Positions 9,682 to 20,127 of a stretch of 64,000 nt of DNA are shown here, one piece after another (positions within the stretch are counted from its first letter, which is position 1; the number at the start of each line of letters is the position of its first letter). This stretch comes from Andalucia godoyi And28 (taxonomy: Eukaryota; Protista; Jakobida), in the NCBI GenBank assembly GCA_009859145.1, contig VRVR01000054.1, positions 124,001 to 188,000 on the forward strand, read 5' to 3'. The position numbers and the translations under genes were made by a program. Under the pieces are notes generated by a model. The model saw only the letters and a program-made list of their open reading frames with translations, was not told where the DNA came from and made no database searches.

Positions 9682-10959
9682 TTACTGTTGGGGTCCCGTC
9701 TTTGGACTTGGGATTCCCAAAGTTTGGTGCTGCTGCATTGGATCCGCAAGCGACATGTACATTTTCCGCAAAAACTCGTCTGAGAGTTTAAAGGACATTT
9801 TGGAAATCCACTCCAAGTCCTCTTCGCTTATCGAAGCAGGATGCTGGTGATTTGGAGTGCCGACAATTTCTAGGGGAGGTGGTTGGGTGGCGGGCAATGA
9901 ACACACCAGAGGATGCTCGTCCCCTGGTTGTGCAGCTGTGTCTTTTGCTGCGGGTTGTCGCATCCGTTTCGGCGGGTTTTCACTTCCTCCATGAACAGGC
10001 GCGTTTTCAAACGTGAGGTTCTCGGAAGGAACTGGACTCTGTTCGATGACAGCAGCGCGAGCATCCGCACGGCTGCCACGCAGCTCCTGCAACGGCAGCG
10101 GTGCAGAAGTCTCGGTATTCCGGGTCGCCAGAACATCATGGATCATGGATTTGAAGTCGGGTTGCATCGTTCGAAGAACAAGTTCCGGATCCGCCCACGC
10201 ATCTTGCAGCTTCATTCGAGCCGAGTGGCCCGTAGCCAGACTCGCCGAATTCGAGTACCTTGGAATCCGCTTCGACTTGATGAAGAACGGAGGCGACCAG
10301 GAAGTACTGATCTGTTGCACCTTGGCGGCGTCTACCCACGTGTATGCCAACACAAAGCGAAATGGCCGCAGTGGACCTGTTCTGGTGTACGAGTACACCG
10401 CAGCAAAGGAGAACGGACCAATGTGTGCTTCGACGACACACTGCACGCCTGCTGCACTCCCAAGTTCCGACCAGCCCATGTCACAGTGAACATGCGCAAG
10501 GAATCGCGGGTCCATCAGCTCATTCGGATCCGCTTGTTTCACAATCCCGATAATACTCGAACATCCTCCGGCGCCACCACGCGAGGCGTCTGCATCGTTC
10601 TCATCCTCGTTCGCATCCACATCCGCTCGTGCACCCTCCCGCGCACCGTGCTCTTCCTCGTCTGCGTGCGCCGCAACCTTGCGTGGCGTGGCCGACGATT
10701 TTGGCTTTATCATCCGAAGTGCTCCTTGTTCCGTTTCTTGCGTTGCGCCATCCATGACCGAGAGTGATACGCCACAAATGGAACCCCGGTGCTTTTCGCT
10801 ACTGACAATCATTCTACTGGTGATCGAGTACGCGCAGGTGCGGAACCACACGCTGTCCGTTTCCCTGCTCCACGTATGAATGGCGCTCTTTCCAAGTCGT
10901 ACCGTCACTTGCTGAGACTCCACGCCTGGTATCTGGGGAACCGTCCAGGAACTGGCCAT
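9682..10959 (-). CDS. Hypothetical 425-aa protein; possible Ig-fold (p53/NDT80/CudA/velvet-like) DNA-binding domain
   Basis: ATG-initiated ORF ending next to an AT-rich 3' region. A beta-rich N-terminal half ends in FRFVLAYTW...SWSPPFFIKSKR, followed by a low-complexity P/Q tail. The ORF is well supported; the function is tentative. Confidence 0.6.
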   Translation of the reverse strand: MASSWTVPQIPGVESQQVTVRLGKSAIHTWSRETDSVWFRTCAYSITSRMIVSSEKHRGSICGVSLSVMDGATQETEQGALRMIKPKSSATPRKVAAHADEEEHGAREGARADVDANEDENDADASRGGAGGCSSIIGIVKQADPNELMDPRFLAHVHCDMGWSELGSAAGVQCVVEAHIGPFSFAAVYSYTRTGPLRPFRFVLAYTWVDAAKVQQISTSWSPPFFIKSKRIPRYSNSASLATGHSARMKLQDAWADPELVLRTMQPDFKSMIHDVLATRNTETSAPLPLQELRGSRADARAAVIEQSPVPSENLTFENAPVHGGSENPPKRMRQPAAKDTAAQPGDEHPLVCSLPATQPPPLEIVGTPNHQHPASISEEDLEWISKMSFKLSDEFLRKMYMSLADPMQQHQTLGIPSPKTGPQQ

Positions 10960-11741
10960 TCCTCTTCCAGCTGTTGCGAGATTGTTGGTCCGGGTGGTTT
11001 GTGTGCAAGTTTTTCCCAGCTTCGCACGGTGTCTGAGAGGATGTGGCAGAACTCCTTTTTCTTTTAATTTTTGAATTTAAATTTTTAAAAAACGAGGTTC
11101 AGCCGAAATGGGTGCAACGATGGATCGCAGTTTCGTTTGTGGGAGAGGGAGATTGGAAAGGCCTGGGGTGGCTTCATCCAGTTGCGGGTTCCCTGTCAGC
11201 TAGTATTGGCAGCGAAGCAGTAGCGCAAGCAAAAAAGCCCCCATGAACGGGTCGGCGTAGTTACTTTTCGGTATCGCCTGCCTCGGCATGAAGTGTTTGC
11301 AGATCACTTCCAAAGCACAAGCAGACGAATGAGAAACTGGAGCGCCGTTTCTGCACTGATGATGACTTTGGAAGTGCAATCAGATGCGCGAAGCTCCTCC
11401 GCACGATGTCTTGTTCGAAGGAATAAGGGAAGGCTTGCCAAACACGGATAAACTTGATGTGCTGCTGCCTGCATCGCCACATCATCCCCAAGCGCCGCTC
11501 AGCTACACGTTTTTCGACATCTGCCCGTGCCAAAATGAAATTCTCCATGAATCCCAAGCGTCTGACGCTTTTCTGCCACCGAGCCCCACACAACCATCGC
11601 GCCCGTTCCAATCAGCCATCTTTCCCCTTCCTTTCCTCATCCTCTTCCCCCTTTTCCGTGTCGCCACGACCAAAGTACTACAGCTTCAAATACTGAAAAT
11701 GAAAAACAGCGTAAATAAAAAAAAGTATTCTTTCTATACAA

Positions 11742-13205
11742 TTACAAGACAAGTCCGCCGCATTGCACAAGATAGACAAGATTGTCGAACTGTTCATACG
11801 AAACCCTTCCGTTTGTCGCGCTCCTCACGACAGCGTGCAGAATCTCAATTTTATCGGACGCATGGACCGCAGTCCAGAGCTCTTTATTCCGAGAGCAACA
11901 GACTCCAAACAGCACCAGCGCAGCCGTTCGGATGATTTCCGCGCCTTCAAACGCCACCGGAAACCACATTTTAAATGTCGAAAGCAGCGTTTCAAATTGC
12001 AGATCGCTGAGCGGAATGCACAGCTCCGAGGCAAACTCTTTGACGTACGGAGTCAGCATCGAATGGAGCGCATCAACCCTCGACAGCCGCAAGGACTCTT
12101 CAGAATCCTGCTCGAAAAGCCTGCAATTCGCCACCCGCTCTTGCGCCGCCTCCAACGGCCCGTCTAAATCAGCGTCCGTGCGGTCTGCAGTGCAGAACCG
12201 CCGAGTCTCGGGAGATATCCAGCTGAACAACAGATTCAATACTTTCGAAAACAACGAATCCGGCATTTCAACTGCGGCTTCGTCGTCGTCGTCGTCGTCT
12301 GCGTCTGGGTCATCGGCACCACCATCTGCCTTCTTATCTGCTTCTTCTGTCAACTGAAATTGAACTCGTTTCTTCGCCAGCTTCTTTCCAGACTTGTTTG
12401 CCGAGTGTAAATACATCGAATCTCTTTCCAACTCTTGAAACTGCGACATCATTTGAGCCTCTTCTTCCGCTTCTTCCGCTTCCCTCCTTTCCCTGCCACC
12501 ACCATCACTTTCATCGTCGTCATCGCTGAAGCCAGGGTTGAAAAAATCAAAAATCCTTTCCTGAATCTCTCGCGTTTGCGCATCAAACATGAGACTGTCG
12601 GACGCACGAGGTTCGTTTGGAAGCGGTTGCAACGGCTCCAGAACATCCTCTGCAACGACCTGCAGCTCCGAAACACTGGCCGTCCTCGGTACCAACAGAC
12701 CGCTTGGCAGCACTCCCGCACTGCTCTCCAACGGCTGTCGCGGAAGATCCCACTGCCTGACGTAGATGGGGTCCATGGTCAGCGCACTTCGGAAGGCGAG
12801 CGCCTTTTCTTTGCAGTCGACAGAGCAGAATCGCGCGCCGACAGGATCCATCTGTGCCTTGATCGAGCCCAATTTGAATGGGATTGGGCGAGTGCAGCCC
12901 GGCCATGCGCACACACGGTTGAATTCCGCCCGCTCCTGCAAAATCTGGTCAAAATGCACCGGCTGTAGTAGATCGCGAGCCCTCTCCAACGTTGCGTTCT
13001 CGCAATACGACGGGTGCATCAGCTCGCTTTGCATTTCAAACAATCGCCGATTCACACTCCTTCGCAGCGACTCGGGTACAGCAGGCTCAGGCTCAGGCTG
13101 CGGCTGCGGCTGCGGCTTCTGCTTCTTCTTTGCATCGCCGTAATCACTGCCACTCGTAGCATTCCTCCTATTGCTGTGATGATGGACTTTCCTGCTCACC
13201 GACAT
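11742..13205 (-). CDS. RPAP2: RNA polymerase II-associated protein 2 / Rtr1 CTD phosphatase family
   Basis: Rtr1/RPAP2 zinc-finger region: LLQPVHFDQILQERAEFNRVCAWPGC...RFCSVDCKEKALAFRSAL. Confidence 0.85.
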   Translation of the reverse strand: MSVSRKVHHHSNRRNATSGSDYGDAKKKQKPQPQPQPEPEPAVPESLRRSVNRRLFEMQSELMHPSYCENATLERARDLLQPVHFDQILQERAEFNRVCAWPGCTRPIPFKLGSIKAQMDPVGARFCSVDCKEKALAFRSALTMDPIYVRQWDLPRQPLESSAGVLPSGLLVPRTASVSELQVVAEDVLEPLQPLPNEPRASDSLMFDAQTREIQERIFDFFNPGFSDDDDESDGGGRERREAEEAEEEAQMMSQFQELERDSMYLHSANKSGKKLAKKRVQFQLTEEADKKADGGADDPDADDDDDDEAAVEMPDSLFSKVLNLLFSWISPETRRFCTADRTDADLDGPLEAAQERVANCRLFEQDSEESLRLSRVDALHSMLTPYVKEFASELCIPLSDLQFETLLSTFKMWFPVAFEGAEIIRTAALVLFGVCCSRNKELWTAVHASDKIEILHAVVRSATNGRVSYEQFDNLVYLVQCGGLVL

Positions 13206-13705
13206 TTCTATGGTTCCTGCGAAAGCAAGAAGAGAGCCAGATCCGGGGGGGTTCTTCTTTCTTTCCTTTCTTATTTATTTGTTTATCTATTTTATTGTAT
13301 TTTATTGCATTTTATTTTGTTGTTGTTTTATCTTGGAAAATGAAGGAAGCCGAAGGAAGAAACCCTCCCCACGCAACAAATCTCAGTATCAATTGATGCT
13401 GGAAAATTCCTGATCCGTGCACCTGCTGTACTCGAATATTTTGGGCTCTCTCTGGATCGCCCTGATCACGCTAAAAGGTTTCTTCTACGTACCGGTATTT
13501 CTCTCGATTTCCCCCCTTTTCGTCATTCTGATATTCATTAGAGCCAGCTTGTTGTTTTGTTTTTGCGTTTTTGCGTTTTTTTTTTTGGCTTTTGTTGAGT
13601 TGGAAGAAACAAAAAAAAAACAAAAAACATTGAATTCCTTATCTTGTGTGTGTCTGCATATGCATATACCGTATTTTATGTATGCTTTTTCAGTAAGAGT
13701 TTCAG

Positions 13706-16700
13706 ATGAGTGATGTTGATACGGGTGATCTACTACAGTCAGCAGTTTCGGATGCTTCGGATATAGAGGGACTGTCTTCGTCGGATGTCTTGGCTCGGGT
13801 GGAGGCCATCCGCGAGTGTCTGAAATCAAGCTGCTCTTATTTGTTTCGGTCCGGCATGCAAACCTCGCCCAGTCTTTCCTCCGACGCCGAATCGTTTTTG
13901 TTGCCGGTGGCCGCAGTCGTCCCGAGCAGTGCTGATCCTGGGGCTTACAGCTGCTTGGAAGTGTCTGCGGACGACCTTACTTCGACGGTGTTCCCGTTTC
14001 TGTACCGCGTGCTGCACGTTTCGCTGTCGCACATTACATCGTTGAAGGAGCGGTCTCACTCTGCAGGGATTATCGGTAGCCATGGATTCGAAGGAGAGCT
14101 TTCGCCTGTTCCGTTTCCGCCAAAGCATCCCAAAGCTCCATCGATTGGAGGTGCGTCCAATGAACTTAGTGCATTGCATGCGCAGTCGCCCCTTCCACCG
14201 TCCTTGTCCTCCCCCTCGTCCTCCTCGCCTTCTTCTCCTGCAAAGTCCACCGTGGGTGTTAGGGGAAGTGCGCCAGGTTCTGAGCGTCATCACCGAAACG
14301 GAAGCGGTGATAAGAGTCAGATTGGTGACGGTAGCAGTAATAATGGTAGTAATAGTAGTGGCAGCAGTGGTGGAAATTCAAGAGATGAGAATCCGCCGGT
14401 TGAAATGGAAGTGAACAGCTTGTATGCATGGATGTATGTTGCGGGAACTTGCTTGGAATTGTACATCACGTACTTTCCGGCGTTGCTGTCCCATCACGAG
14501 AACCTCAGGGTTTTGGAATCTGCAAGGGCACCAAGTAACGGAGGTTCGCTAAATGCGCTTGCATATGCAAGACTGTCACGAGATGCATGGAGCGAATTGG
14601 CTCTGGATGCGCTGTTCGTCATCCATGTTTCGACGCGAGATCGGTGTGGGGACCTGACGCCTCCGGGAAAACTTGTCCGGCATGCCTGTCGCGCCTTGAT
14701 GGCTGATTTTCGACAGATTCCGTCGACAATGCTCCCCGGGGATATTTCGAATGTGGCGACAGATGCGCTGCTCAACGAATTGGTCGCTCGATCAAGGACA
14801 TCTGTGCATGCTGCACTCGAAAACCCCATGACGTCGAACCGGAATTCCGTGCGAATAAGCCGGGGATACGAGTCTGCGGTTGTTTCGGCTTCGGATGACG
14901 AACTTGCGCGAGTCAACTACTATGTGAACAATCGAGGATTGATGGAGAAATTGCTCGAGTTTGCAAACTGCGATGTAGTCGTTGCCTCTTGCTGCGCACA
15001 GCTGATCTTGATTCTTATTCGACACCCAGCGGCATTCACTGAGTTTATGGAGCTTCATGGATTTGTCAAAATTACTGCTGCAGTATCGACGCTCATGGAT
15101 CGTGTCGACGAGCAAAGAAAGTCGAATTCCTGTGTTGACGAGGATAAGCTTGCGAGTATTGCGAACAGATTGTCCGTCTTGCAGTTTGTTGGGGAGAGAA
15201 ACGCCAGCGTCGCAGAGTATCTTGTGCACCATGCGAGGTTTATGCAGTCGCTTCTGACAGTCGTGTCGATTCCGGATGCCAATCTGGATGCTGTCTTTTC
15301 AAACACGCTAGGCATGGTGTTCAATGTCCTAACAGTTTGTGTCGAAGTATCCGCCGAGTCCGTTGTGGCGAGCATGGGACATCACGGTCTTGTCTGCGCA
15401 TACGATTTGCTGTCGATGGTCAATGCTGGTGCTGAGGAGGATCGAATGGAGCTCTTGTATTCCATGATTCGTTTCCTGTATGCTTTGGCAGAGAACCTTG
15501 ATCCTGTTCAGTTCAAAGCGGCATTTGTGGACTTGCGCCGAATGGACTGGATGAAGTTGTTTACGTGTCTGTTGCTGGATTTGACATCCCCAACTCAAGT
15601 GGATGTTCAAATGTCTGCCCTTTCGTTGCTCGATGAGTACCCAGAGTCGTCGACTGCTGACGTGTCCGCATATTCTTCCAATACTTCTCGACATTTGCTC
15701 CGAGAGCCGTCGTCGACATTCTTGTTTCCCGACGCTCACGCTCTGTCCATGTACATTGACAAGGTTCCTCTTTATGTTCCAGGCACACTCATGTCGTCTC
15801 TCTCTCCGGCCATGAACCGATCTTCTGGCAACAGTCGCCATGGTTCTCACAACTGCGGTTTGCTGCCGTATTCACAGCAGCAGCATCAACAACAACAACA
15901 ACAACAACAACCTCGTCATCATGATGATGTTGATAAGGACGATGCCACAAGTGCACAATCGTTGTTGCACACGCGTTGCGTGTTGGGCCTTTTATATTGC
16001 TGCACATTGTTTTTGAAGCAGGACGAGAGAAACCGCCATCGAGCGTATGAGCTTGGTCTTGTGCGATGGGTAACGCACTTCCTTGCCACGTATCTCTCAC
16101 TCCCGGCGTTCCTCCAGAGGCAGACGTATATCCAAGCAATCGATATCCTTGCTGTTTTGCATGTCTTCTTGTCTTTTGGGGAGACGGTCGATCGAACTGT
16201 GTGTACGCTCTTCGAACCCCTGGGAATGCCCGAATCGCATGACTCGGGCAGGATTTGTTCTTCCACTTTTCAGTATTGCTATCAGCTGGCTTTGCACGTC
16301 TCCCAAGATGGGAAAGATCCAGAGCTGGAGAGGTTGCTTATTTCGATTTTTGCAAACTGTGCGGGTTCTCAAATATGGGTTACGCAGCACTCCGAGGAAG
16401 TTTCGCGCCTCCTATCACTGGTGGAGCCCATCATTGGTTCGAATACGGGTCTTGCCTCCGAGAAACTGCGTTTGCTTTTGCATTTGATGCGAGACACAGA
16501 AGTCAAGCAATCGTTGTTGCGCAGTTCATCATTTGTGCATTCTGTCATTTCAATTTGGTCGATCAGTCCTCCAAACCTCTCCTTGCGCCGTTCGTGTGCA
16601 AATTTGCTGGATAAACTGGTGCGTTCGGATGCAGACGGGTGTCGATGGCTTTTGTCGCCGTCTGTTCCTACGAATTCGAGCGATACGAATTTCTTGTCGC

Positions 16701-19111
16701 TCTTGATTTCGGAAATCGCGAGTCTCTTGGATTCCAGCCAGTCCATGGATGTCATTCGTCACTGGTTCGGCCTGATCCATTCTTCGGAGGATCCTCCTAT
16801 ATCGAGCATTGCGAATGACTTCAAGGAACGTAGTATTGGGAACCTGGATCAGATTCTCGACATGATCTGGTCGAATGTGCAGGTTTGGGATTCCATTTTC
16901 TGCATTCCAGGAATCGGTCTCGAGGTGTTAGAAGGTGGTCTTTGGGAATCGTGCTGTGTTTTGTACGCCGTCTTGGACCACTTGGTCAAGGACTACGTCG
17001 GCGGGTGCTCGCCTGTTTCGCTGGAGCAGGTCCAGCGGTACCTGGCAATCCAAGTGCACGTCATCGGACTCTCCACATCGATCATTTCACATGGCATCCG
17101 CATATCCGATGCATTGCTCATACCATGGTTCAATCTCTTGTATCCGATGGTGGAACAGCCGTACGTTAAGCGGTCCGCAATGTTGAACTCTGGGGAATCG
17201 GTAGGCCAGCTTCAGGAACGGTCGTTTTCACGGGCATTCCAGAGTTACTGGAATTCGCGGCTGTTCTGTGTGCTTTCAAATCTGTCTTATGCTGCAAAAG
17301 TCGGTTCTGCCGATTTTTCAAGAGTCATTATTGCGGAGCATCCTGATTTTGCATCAAGAATGATTTCGACTTTCCTTTATGTGCGTTCGGAACCGTGGAA
17401 CCAGAACCCGGCGCCTCGGACGGATATTTCCGGCACATCGTCACCAGTCTCGGAAGAAGAGCCCGTTTTCCGCCGCACTTGCCATATCCGAGTAACGTAC
17501 TCTGCTGTGAAATGGTTGCGAGCTGTGCGCTGCCTGGCAGAGTTTTGGCCGAGTGCCCGCGAATCGTTGTTGGTTTCGGACATTCCCCGACTCATCACGC
17601 AGGATATCGTGGAAAAGTTCGAGTTGTTCGATGGTCATGACGGCGCCGTGGTCGACGTTTCTCGTCCTCAGCATCAACAGTCCAGTGACGATGTGGATTC
17701 GATGTGGGTTCTCTACTATCTCCGAATCATGCTCTTTTTGCTTTGTGATGCACACTACCACTTCCATTTTGATCATCGAGAAAAGAACCACCCTCGAGAG
17801 AAGGGCCGCATGCGCGCTCTCTCGTCGGCGACCGTATCGACATGGCACACGCTTGTGAAGAAAATTAAGAATGTTCTGTCTCTCTCCGAGAAGGACACTT
17901 CCGAAACGGTGCTTTGCCGTGCCGGCGTTGCGCGTGCACTGTATCTGATTCTGGTGCGGTTCGCCGCCCCGGATGCGCACTTGCAGAGTCCTAGAGAGAG
18001 GCTCTCTGGTCAGACGGGGCCGGATGGAATGGTCGCTGCAAGTTCCGTTTCGTCTCTGAAAAGACCCAGTTTGGGGCTGATCAGCCACAGTCCGAGTTGC
18101 ACGGTCTTGTTTCCGAGCCTCCAAGACATCAACTTTTACATGGACTCTGCAACGCTCGCAGCATGCGGGCCGACTCTTGTGGGATGTCTCGATGTTGTTG
18201 AATCGCTTGCTCGCTCCCACTCTTCGAACGTGATCCATTCATTGAACGATCTTCGATTGGTACGTCTTGTTCTCTTTGTTTTGTTCAAGGCAAAAGAAGG
18301 TCTTTTTGACGCATTGGTCGAGACAGCCTCGCAAAACGAGTCCCGCATCATTCTTGCGGATGTGTGTGCAAGCGCCATGCATGCTGCAGCCACTGCCATC
18401 ACCAGCAATGTTGTGTTCCAAGTCACGATCAAGAAGCCCGAGTACGAAGCGGTGTTTTCCACCGTTTTGGAGGTATTGCGAAAGTCCGCCCGCGATTGTT
18501 CTTCCAAGGTAGTTCCCACGTCTTCCTCCACTTCTTCACCGTCGTCCTTGCAGCACTCGGCAGGCCTGCGCAACGTGCTCTATCGCCTGTGTGGAGGATC
18601 CATCCGAATGCTGCATTCCCTACTCAAGGCGTCTGGAGCACACCACTCCAGTTCCTCGAACTTGCTTCTGCACTTCCACCCGTCTGCCCATGATAAAAAG
18701 CGGCAGGATCCCCCGCGCCCCGGCGATGAGACGGACGTTGACGCGGATGCAGACGACGATCCTGCTGAACAAGGATCCCTGGTGTCTTCAGTTCATTCGC
18801 ATTCTCGACAAAGCGCACCCGTCTTTCTCGACGATCTCATCTTGTCCGCCAGGACACTGGATGTCATTTGCCATGCCGTCCGGTCTATCTGTGTCAGTCC
18901 CCCCGTGCCGCTCGACAAGGACCGCGCCGTTTATCAGCTCGTCGTCCCATTCCTGGAGCTTCTTGAATCGGTATCGCATCATAGCAACGCCCGCGAAAGC
19001 ATGCTTCTCGCCCAGCTGGATGTTCTCATCGACGATGTCAAGCGTGCGTTTTTGGAATATGACATCGTCCGAGAGCATGCATCCCATATCAAGTTGCCCC
19101 GCAGAGAATAG
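13706..19111 (+). CDS. 1801-aa predicted alpha-solenoid (ARM/HEAT-like) protein of unknown function
   Basis: Very long uninterrupted ORF with repeated amphipathic Leu-rich helices (e.g. GLMEKLLEFA...SCCAQLILIL, AYELGLVRWVTHFL) and S/Q-rich inserts. No family recognised. Confidence 0.75.
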   Translation: MSDVDTGDLLQSAVSDASDIEGLSSSDVLARVEAIRECLKSSCSYLFRSGMQTSPSLSSDAESFLLPVAAVVPSSADPGAYSCLEVSADDLTSTVFPFLYRVLHVSLSHITSLKERSHSAGIIGSHGFEGELSPVPFPPKHPKAPSIGGASNELSALHAQSPLPPSLSSPSSSSPSSPAKSTVGVRGSAPGSERHHRNGSGDKSQIGDGSSNNGSNSSGSSGGNSRDENPPVEMEVNSLYAWMYVAGTCLELYITYFPALLSHHENLRVLESARAPSNGGSLNALAYARLSRDAWSELALDALFVIHVSTRDRCGDLTPPGKLVRHACRALMADFRQIPSTMLPGDISNVATDALLNELVARSRTSVHAALENPMTSNRNSVRISRGYESAVVSASDDELARVNYYVNNRGLMEKLLEFANCDVVVASCCAQLILILIRHPAAFTEFMELHGFVKITAAVSTLMDRVDEQRKSNSCVDEDKLASIANRLSVLQFVGERNASVAEYLVHHARFMQSLLTVVSIPDANLDAVFSNTLGMVFNVLTVCVEVSAESVVASMGHHGLVCAYDLLSMVNAGAEEDRMELLYSMIRFLYALAENLDPVQFKAAFVDLRRMDWMKLFTCLLLDLTSPTQVDVQMSALSLLDEYPESSTADVSAYSSNTSRHLLREPSSTFLFPDAHALSMYIDKVPLYVPGTLMSSLSPAMNRSSGNSRHGSHNCGLLPYSQQQHQQQQQQQQPRHHDDVDKDDATSAQSLLHTRCVLGLLYCCTLFLKQDERNRHRAYELGLVRWVTHFLATYLSLPAFLQRQTYIQAIDILAVLHVFLSFGETVDRTVCTLFEPLGMPESHDSGRICSSTFQYCYQLALHVSQDGKDPELERLLISIFANCAGSQIWVTQHSEEVSRLLSLVEPIIGSNTGLASEKLRLLLHLMRDTEVKQSLLRSSSFVHSVISIWSISPPNLSLRRSCANLLDKLVRSDADGCRWLLSPSVPTNSSDTNFLSLLISEIASLLDSSQSMDVIRHWFGLIHSSEDPPISSIANDFKERSIGNLDQILDMIWSNVQVWDSIFCIPGIGLEVLEGGLWESCCVLYAVLDHLVKDYVGGCSPVSLEQVQRYLAIQVHVIGLSTSIISHGIRISDALLIPWFNLLYPMVEQPYVKRSAMLNSGESVGQLQERSFSRAFQSYWNSRLFCVLSNLSYAAKVGSADFSRVIIAEHPDFASRMISTFLYVRSEPWNQNPAPRTDISGTSSPVSEEEPVFRRTCHIRVTYSAVKWLRAVRCLAEFWPSARESLLVSDIPRLITQDIVEKFELFDGHDGAVVDVSRPQHQQSSDDVDSMWVLYYLRIMLFLLCDAHYHFHFDHREKNHPREKGRMRALSSATVSTWHTLVKKIKNVLSLSEKDTSETVLCRAGVARALYLILVRFAAPDAHLQSPRERLSGQTGPDGMVAASSVSSLKRPSLGLISHSPSCTVLFPSLQDINFYMDSATLAACGPTLVGCLDVVESLARSHSSNVIHSLNDLRLVRLVLFVLFKAKEGLFDALVETASQNESRIILADVCASAMHAAATAITSNVVFQVTIKKPEYEAVFSTVLEVLRKSARDCSSKVVPTSSSTSSPSSLQHSAGLRNVLYRLCGGSIRMLHSLLKASGAHHSSSSNLLLHFHPSAHDKKRQDPPRPGDETDVDADADDDPAEQGSLVSSVHSHSRQSAPVFLDDLILSARTLDVICHAVRSICVSPPVPLDKDRAVYQLVVPFLELLESVSHHSNARESMLLAQLDVLIDDVKRAFLEYDIVREHASHIKLPRRE

Positions 19112-19431
19112 CAATAGCACAGTCTTCATACGCCATTGGGGCGTCATCAAAAACATTGAACTATAAAACGTTTTGCTTTCTTCCCTCCTTTCTTCCCCAT
19201 TAACGTTGCACAGCATGTGAGATGGTGATGTGCCGGAAGGGAGTCATCATCAGTCGACATTGGACCTGATGCGAGCACGGATCGCGTTGCGCTGTCAAGT
19301 TGAGGAAGTTCGAACGACCAAATTATCTCTGCTTTTCTTCCTGTTCTTCCTGTTCCTCTTCCTCTGTTTCTCGTTTTGTATCACACGATTTGCAAGTGAA
19401 AGAGGAGAAGTTTTGGATCTGGGGAAGGAAC

Positions 19432-19841
19432 ATGGGACTGTTTACTGCGCTTGTGAAGACGGCAGTGGATGCGACTGCAGTGAGTACCACTCTTGCGACG
19501 ATTCGCAGAACAACTGGCTACGCGTATGATTCACCCAAATGCTTTCTTATTTTCTTCTTCTCCGTCGCCTTTCTTGTAGTGTCACTGCTTAGTGAGGGTT
19601 TTTTTAATTGTTTTAATTGTTTTTGTTGAGGGCCCACGATTCTAAACGCGTGTGTGGTTTATGGCGTATGAGGTACAGAGTTCCGGTATCTGCGATTCGA
19701 AACGAGAGCCTGCGCAAGATCAGTCAGAGCTTCCTTAATGTTGGCGAGTATGCGTGCGACCAGACGTTGGAAATCCTGCAAAGGGTCCGAAAGAATCGTG
19801 AAGCCCGTGCTGAGAAGGACGCGAAGGATCGACTGGACTGA
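19432..19841 (+). CDS. DUF1748-like small protein, two exons: join(19432..19523,19679..19841)
   Basis: Exon 1 reads MGLFTALVKTAVDATAVSTTLATIRRTTGY. Intron 19524-19678 has GTATGA...TACAG ends. Exon 2 reads VPVSAIRNESLRKISQSFLNVGEYACDQTLE.... The spliced product matches the fungal DUF1748 pattern (D-x-x-x-xST.LA.IRR.TG ... YLNVGE..FD). Confidence 0.8.
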
Positions 19842-19977
19842 GTGCACGGGAAAATGCGAGGTGCAAAAAAATAGCAAAAAACGTAGCACACAAACAAGTA
19901 AAGAGATTTAGCAGCCATTTATCAGCAGCGATAATAGTAATAGTATGTGGATACGCGCAAAAATGGAAGAAGGGGGG

Positions 19978-20028
19978 AAGAAGAAGAAGAAGAAGAAGAA
20001 GAAGAAGAAGAAGAAGAAGAAGAAGAAG
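19978..20028. repeat. (AAG)17 microsatellite between convergent genes
   Basis: Direct inspection. Confidence 0.9.
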
Positions 20029-20127
20029 GCGAATTAATGTAAAAGTACAAATCACTTTGCGGCGCCATATTGACTCCGAAAACAAACTAGTACAGCGAAG
20101 AGCGGGTCTGGACGCAGGATGCAGGGG

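Noticed and set aside
9913-10767. 284-aa plus-strand ORF, and similar long overlapping ORFs (8640-9455, 32687-33598, 36575-37435, 41889-42701)
   Set aside because: These are antisense or alternate-frame shadows of well-supported genes, Arg/Ser-rich and without motifs.
11261-11611. Minus-strand 95-116-aa ORF (MENFILARADVEKR...)
   Set aside because: It has no recognisable motif, and competing ORFs on both strands mean it cannot be supported as a gene without expression data.
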